Shown piece by piece: positions 1 through 5,821 of a stretch of 20,000 nucleotides of DNA (positions are counted from its first letter, which is position 1; each line of letters opens with the position of its first letter). Origin of the DNA: an uncultured virus (IMG/VR IMGVR_UViG_3300028805_000002) (taxonomy: Duplodnaviria > Heunggongvirae > Uroviricota > Caudoviricetes); the IMG/VR virus record IMGVR_UViG_3300028805_000002, one strand, 5' to 3'. Position numbers and translations under genes: made by a program. The notes beneath the pieces were generated by a model. The model worked only from the letters and a program-made list of their open reading frames with translations. It searched no databases and was not told where the DNA came from.

Positions 1-18
1 TTGATGGCGCGTTCTATC

Positions 19-162
19 TTACCTCTTCCCATATATGCACTCCCTGGTAAGATACTGGCGAGTGCCCGGGACAATCTTCAGACAGGTCTGAAGTCCGTTT
101 CTCTTAATGAGTTCCCGATACGGAATCTTGTATGTGATTGTGGATTTTGCTGTGTTGGTCAT
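19..162 (-). CDS. Small hypothetical protein, 47 aa (MTNTAKSTITYKIPYRELIKRNGLQTCLKIVPGTRQYLTRECIYGKR)
   Basis: Translated by hand (below the ORF-track cutoff). ATG at 162-160, strong SD AGGAGGA (complement of 172-178), TAA at 21-19. Confidence 0.55.
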   Translation of the reverse strand: MTNTAKSTITYKIPYRELIKRNGLQTCLKIVPGTRQYLTRECIYGKR

Positions 163-225
163 AGTGTAATTTCCTCCTAGGGGATATTTACTTCCCTATT
201 CCTATCTTCCCATTTATATGTTCCC

Positions 226-264
226 ATACAAAACACTCCCTTGCCTGTATAGGCTGAGGGAGTG
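226..264 (-). terminator. Probable intrinsic terminator (or processing hairpin) downstream of the 167-aa gene
   Basis: Stem CACTCCCT(234-241)/AGGGAGTG(257-264) with inner GCCT/AGGC, followed on the - strand by TTTTGTAT. Confidence 0.5.
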
Positions 265-370
265 CTGAGTTGTGCGCTTTAAAGTGCCCAGTTGCGTGTC
301 GCGTGTTTATGCGGGTTCACGCGTTTCCGTTCTGTCTACCGTATGGTGTCTTCCCGTATGAGGCTATGCC

Positions 371-874
371 TCAGAATCCTAAGACCTCTGCAACACCGTC
401 CCAGTTCTCTACCTTGAGGGCATATTCATTTGCCCAACCCTCGTGATGTTCCCAGTCGGAGCGTGTAGCCTTGAGTTCCTTGCCAGGGAAAACCCAGGCG
501 CCGTCCTTGAGCGGTCTGATACGAGCGTAGGCTGTCTTGTCTCCCTCTACCTTAGAGATGAGGATGTGTCCCTTCGCGTTTGTTCTGAAGATGTACTTGT
601 CCTTCGGGATGTCTGCTAAGAAGGCGTCGGCAGTGGGGTGCTTGCGTTCCTTCTTCTCTGCGGGTGCTTCCGGTGTCGGCTCTGCAGGTGTCTGTTCTGC
701 GGGAATCTCTTCCTGAGTCTGTTCTGCGAGTGCCTTCTGTTCTGTCTGATATGCTTCAAAGATAGGCATAAAGTCAACTTTGGGCATCTGTTCTGTCTTG
801 CCGTCAACTATGCGGGCAAAGTATGTCTTGTGATTTGTCTTGTATTCTGTGCCGTTGTATGTAAACTGTGTCAT
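371..874 (-). CDS. Hypothetical phage early-type protein, 167 aa, two domains joined by a Pro/Glu/Ala-rich linker
   Basis: ORF track gives 371..946. The real start is most likely ATG at 874 (MTQFTYNG), preceded by SD AGGAGGA (882-888). Linker EIPAEQTPAEPTPEAPAEKK. No family recognised. Confidence 0.8.
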   Translation of the reverse strand: MTQFTYNGTEYKTNHKTYFARIVDGKTEQMPKVDFMPIFEAYQTEQKALAEQTQEEIPAEQTPAEPTPEAPAEKKERKHPTADAFLADIPKDKYIFRTNAKGHILISKVEGDKTAYARIRPLKDGAWVFPGKELKATRSDWEHHEGWANEYALKVENWDGVAEVLGF

Positions 875-956
875 AATAAAATCCTCCTGTGATTTTGTAA
901 AATTGATTTTTTGATGTGGTGCAACTGAACACTTTAACGCGCACAACTCAGTGGCG

Positions 957-1365
957 CACGTTTTCGAGTGCTTTACTTTTGCGCATTGTTATATGCGCTT
1001 AGAAGTACAGGTCATCGTGTAAATCTTCGTGTAATTTGCGCGCGCTTGTAATTACGATTGTGTCGTTATACTCATCATTGACGCAAGTACGATAGAATAA
1101 GAAGAAATCATCAAATTCGGCACAATGTGAATTGAGTTCTGTAATACAGTCAAATATTATCTTTTCGATATTTTCAAATTCGCTGTAAAAGTCTTTATTG
1201 ATACAGCACAAAAAAGCATTACAATTTATCGCTTCATCAAATTGTGCTAAATTGTATTTTTCAAGAATTGAATAGTAGAGTTCATAATTTTTTGTCATTG
1301 TCTTTTATCTCACTTTCATTAGATTTTTTGAGACAATGCGCAAAAACAAAACACTCGAAAACGTG
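957..1365. repeat. 33-bp inverted repeat pair (957-989 / 1333-1365) enclosing the 99-aa ORF
   Basis: CACGTTTTCGAGTGCTTTACTTTTGCGCATTGT vs ACAATGCGCAAAAACAAAACACTCGAAAACGTG: 30/33 complementary. All 3 mismatches are G-T/G-U on the - strand. Confidence 0.95.
999..1298 (-). CDS. Small acidic, Cys-containing hypothetical protein, 99 aa, lacking Gly, Pro and Trp
   Basis: A 300-nt ORF in otherwise stop-rich AT-rich DNA. GG-free SD-like GAAAGTGAG (1316-1308) before the ATG. About 20 D/E vs 7 K/R, and 6 Cys. Confidence 0.7.
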   Translation of the reverse strand: MTKNYELYYSILEKYNLAQFDEAINCNAFLCCINKDFYSEFENIEKIIFDCITELNSHCAEFDDFFLFYRTCVNDEYNDTIVITSARKLHEDLHDDLYF

Positions 1366-2301
1366 ATATTTTGCGCGATATTTTGCACTTTGCATACATT
1401 TTGCGCTTAGATAAAATCAATTATCTAAGAATAGAGCGCGCACTTATAAAATACAGATAGACTTTCAAATTTACTCTAACAAACAATAGTGTTTGAGTGC
1501 ATTTCACAGCGTAGTAATGAACAAGACTTCAATACAACTATGCAACAAGTATATTGTCGTTCGCGTTTACTAATAATTCGCGCATAGTGTTTTTCTACTA
1601 TTCGCACTATTTCACAACAGTGCTATTTTATGACTGTTTATAGCAATAAACTCAAAAATCAACTAATTTTATAGTTAGTATTCACATACTAATAACTATT
1701 ATGCAATTCGTTTATCTAGTGAATTATAACAGCACTCGATTATAATAATCACGTACTATATTATTACACTTTACTATCAACACAGCGCAAACGATTAAAT
1801 AGTTAAGTCTTGTTTTAGAATGATTATATTGTCGAACTAAAGTGTTAAATAATGCACATTACAAGTTACTTTGAGTGTAAGACAATACACTACACAAAAT
1901 ACTTTTATTAGTTTTTTCTTTTGTGTTTTACGTTTTATCACGTTCTAAAACAGTGTCACTAATTACTTAAAAGAAACACAGTGTATTTTTTCAAGTATCA
2001 TTCACTAAACGCGTAAAAGACTAGTGATTTTTATCTGTATTTATTTGTCAAGTTACAGTGTTATTACTTAAAGTATTCGCAACAACTTTTTAGCACTCAT
2101 TACGCGTTAACTCGATATACTCGAATAATACGTTATACTTCAGCGCAAGAACTATAAACAACTAGTGATTATAGAGAACGTATGACTAACTTGTGTATGC
2201 TTGCTAGTTCGTTCTTTTGTTATGCATAGAGTAACGCTTATTAAACGATATTTCAATACAACTTTTGACTTATTTGTTCGATAACGAACAAAAACACGTC
2301 A
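1121..2301. other. GG/CC-dinucleotide-free tract
   Basis: Read base by base: last GG at 1119-1120, next GG at 2302-2303; no CC on the + strand between 888 and 2738. Confidence 0.9.
1460..2300 (-). ncRNA. Candidate large structured non-coding RNA or ssDNA element (unassigned)
   Basis: No convincing ORF. Nested helices 1520-1529/1805-1814, 1557-1565/1786-1794, 1619-1630/1725-1736, 1884-1891/1980-1987, 1915-1922/1969-1976, 1924-1930/1946-1952, 2104-2113/2229-2237. Confidence 0.35.
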
Positions 2302-2352
2302 GGTTGTTCGATAAATACATTAAAACAATAATAATTTATCATTATTCGATAA
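2274..2352. repeat. Three copies of TT(G/A)TTCGATAA; the first also forms the hairpin TTTGTTCG-ATAA-CGAACAAA
   Basis: Copies at 2274-2284, 2304-2314 and 2342-2352. Confidence 0.7.
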
Positions 2353-2409
2353 ACGCTATATAATATGCTTATTATATATAATAAATACGCGTATGCGCAT
2401 GGGGTAATA

Positions 2410-2430
2410 TGATAATGATTATCATTTTCA
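2410..2430. promoter_or_regulatory. Fur-box-like operator
   Basis: TGATAATGATTATCA (2410-2424) is a perfect 7-1-7 TGATAAT-N-ATTATCA. 2411-2429 matches the classical GATAATGATAATCATTATC at 17/19. Confidence 0.6.
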
Positions 2431-2626
2431 AATTCATACATTAGTCTAGTTAGTATCTTTATATAACAGATTATTAGTGTATAGCGCTGTAACGCTCATA
2501 TTTAACGTATAACGCGCTCTAGCACTTATACACAAGAATTTATATTCACAGCGCACGAGCGCGTCACAGATCAAATTTAAAATTTAAGTTAGCACGCATA
2601 TACAAGCGCATACACACGGGCATATT

Positions 2627-2656
2627 TATACGCACGCGCGCGCGCGCACGTACACG
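2627..2656. repeat. 30-bp perfect alternating purine-pyrimidine tract containing (CG)6; Z-DNA-prone
   Basis: TATACGCACGCGCGCGCGCGCACGTACACG. Confidence 0.85.
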
Positions 2657-2817
2657 GGATTCTCGAACTCTTACGTCGAACTTTGTAGACAAGTATGCGC
2701 GGTGCTTGAAAATAGAGGGGATTGGGCATAAAAGTAATCCTAGAGGTGGGTAGGTCGAGTGTGGTAGTAAGGTCGTTCAAGAACGACAGGAAAGGCGTGG
2801 AAAATTAAAAGTAAAAT

Positions 2818-2838
2818 TGAGAATGATTATCATTTTCA
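2818..2838. promoter_or_regulatory. Second Fur-box-like operator, upstream of the morphogenesis operon
   Basis: TGAGAATGATTATCATTTTCA, 20/21 identical to 2410-2430. Confidence 0.55.
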
Positions 2839-2868
2839 GTTTCAAGGTCGAGGTTTGTAGACAAAGTC

Positions 2869-2898
2869 TTGACTAATAGTAGGAGTATGTGTTATTTT
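2869..2898 (+). promoter_or_regulatory. Putative sigma-A promoter for the rightward operon
   Basis: TTGACT (2869-2874), 18-nt spacer containing TG, then TATTTT (2893-2898). Confidence 0.35.
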
Positions 2899-3016
2899 GT
2901 ATATGTAATTGGAGAGATACAATGTTATCGAGGGTCTCTTAGTAAGTCGCCGCAGGGCGCAGGAACGACGGGTGATTAACAGTATATCTTTAGTTATAGA
3001 AGGATAATATAAATAT

Positions 3017-3277
3017 ATGGAAAATGAAACACTAGCAACTGAAATGTTGCACGAACTGAAATCGAATGGCCGAAGGTGGTTTATAGCATTTCTAGTCGTT
3101 CTAATGCTTTGGTTTGCTACTATCGGTGCGTTTCTTTGGTATATCTCTTTGCCCGTGGACGAAACTTCGGTGGAACAGTATGCCGAAGGCAACGACAATT
3201 CTTTTGTTGGTATAGGTGATATGAATGGCGGCGTATCAGAAAGTTACAAGACGCAGGAGAGCACTTCGCAGTCGTAA
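3017..3277 (+). CDS. Small single-pass membrane protein, 86 aa
   Basis: Hydrophobic stretch WFIAFLVVLMLWFATIGAFLWYI after RR; AAGGA SD upstream; first gene of the operon. Confidence 0.75.
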   Translation: MENETLATEMLHELKSNGRRWFIAFLVVLMLWFATIGAFLWYISLPVDETSVEQYAEGNDNSFVGIGDMNGGVSESYKTQESTSQS

Positions 3278-3302
3278 GTCAACCCGTAGAAGGAGACACT
3301 AA
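3225..3302 (+). CDS. Arg-rich 25-aa peptide (MAAYQKVTRRRRALRSRKSTRRRRH)
   Basis: Translated by hand. SD AGGTGA at 3214-3219, ATG at 3225, TAA at 3300-3302, 2 nt before the next ATG. 10 Arg, 2 Lys, no acidic residues. Confidence 0.5.
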   Translation: MAAYQKVTRRRRALRSRKSTRRRRH

Positions 3303-3304
3303 TT

Positions 3305-3622
3305 ATGGCAGCGGCTGGTCAAACACGTACTATCAAAAAGTTACAACAGGCTCTCCAAATGGAAGGAGAGTTAATTCTTATCTCTACTTCTCAATTCTTT
3401 AGTTTGGAAAAGCAGACCACTGTAACAAGATACCACGTTAAGAAACAAGTTCAATCAGGTGAGAAGTATAAGTCTTCTCAGGTTGAACTTTTTTCTTCTT
3501 GTTCACAAATCCAGATTACTCTCTTTTTAAGAGATTATTATTACGAGATTAAAGGATATGAGGTGCCGCAGGATAATCCTTATTGGTTAGCGGCAAAGAA
3601 GAAATATTTTGAGGAGCATTAA
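3305..3622 (+). CDS. Hypothetical phage protein, 105 aa
   Basis: ORF with AAGGAG SD, tightly packed before terS. Confidence 0.8.
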   Translation: MAAAGQTRTIKKLQQALQMEGELILISTSQFFSLEKQTTVTRYHVKKQVQSGEKYKSSQVELFSSCSQIQITLFLRDYYYEIKGYEVPQDNPYWLAAKKKYFEEH

Positions 3623-3624
3623 GT

Positions 3625-4143
3625 ATGGCTGAAAAGAAGAAGAAACCGGGTTATGGTGGAAATCCTAAAGGGTCTGAATATAAACTCTCTATCAGAGAGC
3701 AAAAGTTCGTGTCTCTCTATTTAGAGTACGGTGACCCGAAGAAAGCAGTTGTTGAGGCAAAGTTCAATACTACTGCACCTAGTCAGTACGCTAAGAAACT
3801 CTTGGCTAAGCCGAAAATTCAAAGAGAGATTGCATCACAAATGGAACTCTTTAGAAATGAGTGTATCGCCAGTTCGCAGGAGATTATGAACTTCTACACT
3901 CTCACAATGCGTGGAGAAGTTAAAGACCAGTTCGGTCTTGACGCTACTCTTTCTGACAGACTTAAGGCGGCTGATGCGCTCGCTAAGAGACAGATTGACG
4001 CCAGAGCACTTGCAGAGAAGGCGAGTGACAATGAGTTTAAGGTTACACTTACTTGGGGTGCACCTGCTACTCCTGAGCCTAAACCTGAAGAAGATTTAGA
4101 TGACACCGCTGATGAAGAGGAAGACATAGATGCCGAACAGTAA
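3625..4143 (+). CDS. terS: Terminase small subunit (Terminase_2 / SPP1 G1P-like)
   Basis: N-terminal HTH pattern LSIREQKFVSLYL...AVVEAKF...LLAKPKIQREI and the IAS.QEIM.F.T..MRGEVKDQFGLDATLSDRLKAA..LAKR segment; lies upstream of terL. Confidence 0.9.
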   Translation: MAEKKKKPGYGGNPKGSEYKLSIREQKFVSLYLEYGDPKKAVVEAKFNTTAPSQYAKKLLAKPKIQREIASQMELFRNECIASSQEIMNFYTLTMRGEVKDQFGLDATLSDRLKAADALAKRQIDARALAEKASDNEFKVTLTWGAPATPEPKPEEDLDDTADEEEDIDAEQ

Positions 4144-4525
4144 ACACATCATTATAGACGATAAAGAATATAAGGTGCCTATCGTTGAGTTACAGCGAAA
4201 GGGCGATATTCTTGACTTGACTGCGAACAGAACAGAGGATGGTGTTCTTCACAGAGATGTTATAGGTACATACTATAACTACACGCTTACAATCGGAATT
4301 ATTAACGACCCAGAGTTGTATGAAGAGTTGTGGAACGTCTTAACTGCACCCGTGGCAAGTCACTGGATAGAGTTGCCACACGACCACGTGAGATTTGAAG
4401 GCTACTTCGGTAGTTGTAAAGATAATATTCAGATGATAACAGAAGATGGCTATAAGGCAAAAGGACTGTCTTTCAATCTTGTTGCCACTAGAGCCGCAAG
4501 GACGGCAGTAAATGGCGGTAATTAA
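4130..4525 (+). CDS. Distal-tail (Dit/DUF6711-like) protein, in an atypical position between terS and terL
   Basis: Motif ANRTEDGVLHRDVIGTYYNYTL...YEELWNVLTAP...GLSFNLVA resembles the small beta-rich proteins that normally follow the tape measure gene. Overlaps both neighbours by 14 nt. Confidence 0.6.
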   Translation: MPNSKHIIIDDKEYKVPIVELQRKGDILDLTANRTEDGVLHRDVIGTYYNYTLTIGIINDPELYEELWNVLTAPVASHWIELPHDHVRFEGYFGSCKDNIQMITEDGYKAKGLSFNLVATRAARTAVNGGN

Positions 4526-5771
4526 CGTAAACTTACAAGAATGTATCATACCTATGTATAAAGAAGTGCTCCAAGATGTCTTGGAGCATAAACATACTCA
4601 CTTTATTTTTCCTGGCGGAAGAGGTAGTTGTAAATCTTCTTTTGTAGGCATAGCAATACCTCTTGTACTTGTGAATAATCCGACAGTACACGCAGCCTGC
4701 TTCAGAAAAGTAGGAAATACTATTCAAAACTCTATCAGAGCACAAATTGAGTGGGGAATTTACAAATTAGGTATGCAGGACCTGTTTAATATACCTGCCT
4801 CATACGCAAATCCGATAACTTTTAAGCCTACTGGACAAAAAATCTACTTCTTAGGTCTCGATAAACCAGCAAAAATCAAGTCAATTAAGCCAAAATTCGG
4901 CTACATAGGCATTACTTGGTTCGAGGAGTTGGACCAATTCGCTGGCGAGAATGAAATTCGTACTGTAACACAGTCTACAATGCGTGGTGGCGATAAATAT
5001 TGGGACTTTAGAACATTCAATCCGCCGATTTCAAAGAATAATTGGGCAAATATGTATGCAGATAAGGCCGCTATTTACTCTAAAAGTAGTCTTGTTACCC
5101 GAAATACGTATCTTTCAGTACCGCCAGAGTGGCTTGGACCACAGTTTTTTGAAGAAGCGGAAGAACTTAAAGTACTTAATCCACGCGCTTATGAGCACGA
5201 ATATCTTGGAGTTGCTACAGGAACGGGCGGAGATGTCTTTGAAAACGCCTGTGAACTCGATATGTCAGGTATGATTGACAACTTCGACCATATCTATAAC
5301 GGAATTGACTGGGGTTTTGCAAGAGACCCGTTCAGATTTGTTCGTATGCACTTTGACGCAAGAAAACTCGACCTATATATCTTTGACGAGTTTTCTACCT
5401 ATAAGACACGTAACGAGGACACTTTCCACAGACTATATGATGAAGAGTGCAAAATATCCCGAGACGAATTGGTAACAGCCGATAGTGCGGAAGAAAAATC
5501 TGTTGCAGACTTTAGGGCGTATGGTGCGTTTATCAGACCTGCTAAGAAAGGTCCTGACAGTGTTCGTTATGGAATTAAGTGGTTACAGGGACTTAGACAC
5601 ATCTATATAGACAAAAAACGCTGTCCTGAGACGTTTTATGAGTTCATAAACTATGAATATGAGCGAGATAAGGACGGAAACTTCATTAGTGCGTACCCCG
5701 ATGCAGACAATCATAGTATCGACGCGGTACGCTATGCACTGGAAAACTACTGTAACCGCAGAGGAACATAA
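4512..5771 (+). CDS. terL: Terminase large subunit, PBSX/SPP1 family (headful type)
   Basis: Walker A GGRGSCKS, Walker B WFEE, TFNPP coupling motif, nuclease motifs GIDWG and DADNHSIDAVRYA. Confidence 0.97.
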   Translation: MAVINVNLQECIIPMYKEVLQDVLEHKHTHFIFPGGRGSCKSSFVGIAIPLVLVNNPTVHAACFRKVGNTIQNSIRAQIEWGIYKLGMQDLFNIPASYANPITFKPTGQKIYFLGLDKPAKIKSIKPKFGYIGITWFEELDQFAGENEIRTVTQSTMRGGDKYWDFRTFNPPISKNNWANMYADKAAIYSKSSLVTRNTYLSVPPEWLGPQFFEEAEELKVLNPRAYEHEYLGVATGTGGDVFENACELDMSGMIDNFDHIYNGIDWGFARDPFRFVRMHFDARKLDLYIFDEFSTYKTRNEDTFHRLYDEECKISRDELVTADSAEEKSVADFRAYGAFIRPAKKGPDSVRYGIKWLQGLRHIYIDKKRCPETFYEFINYEYERDKDGNFISAYPDADNHSIDAVRYALENYCNRRGT

Positions 5772-5786
5772 TTTAGGCTTTATCCA

Positions 5787-5815
5787 TTTACTTCTATCTA
5801 CAAAAGTTATAGAAT
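5787..5815 (+). promoter_or_regulatory. Sigma-A promoter giving a predicted leaderless mRNA for the DUF4417 gene
   Basis: TTTACT (5787-5792), 17-nt spacer, TAGAAT (5810-5815). +1 falls at about 5822, the A of the ATG; no SD upstream. Confidence 0.55.
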
Positions 5816-5821
5816 TATGAT

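Noticed and set aside
875..946. N-terminal extension of the 191-aa ORF in the track
   Set aside because: The strong SD precedes ATG 874; the extension lies within the inverted-repeat arm.
957..1365. IS or MITE with terminal inverted repeats
   Set aside because: No transposase-like ORF and no target-site duplication (flanks GTGGCG / ATATTT); pairing continues beyond the repeat with bulges and G-U-type mismatches, as in a folded single strand.
2274..2310. LexA (Cheo) SOS box
   Set aside because: Half-sites are in the wrong order (GTTCG-ATAA-CGAAC) or too far apart compared with CGAAC-N4-GTTCG.
1300..2400. CRISPR array or tRNA cluster in the non-coding region
   Set aside because: No regularly spaced 25-40 bp direct repeats; tRNA hallmarks (D-loop GG, CCA) cannot occur in a GG/CC-free tract.
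2253..2780. ORFs 2253..2441 and 2589..2780 (- strand)
   Set aside because: No SD, low-complexity translations (ARARAYKYARVYA) arising from the RY tract and AT-rich operator DNA.
3017..3277. Holin call for the 86-aa membrane protein
   Set aside because: Only one TM helix, no adjacent endolysin in the window and no recognisable holin motif; left as a hypothetical membrane protein.
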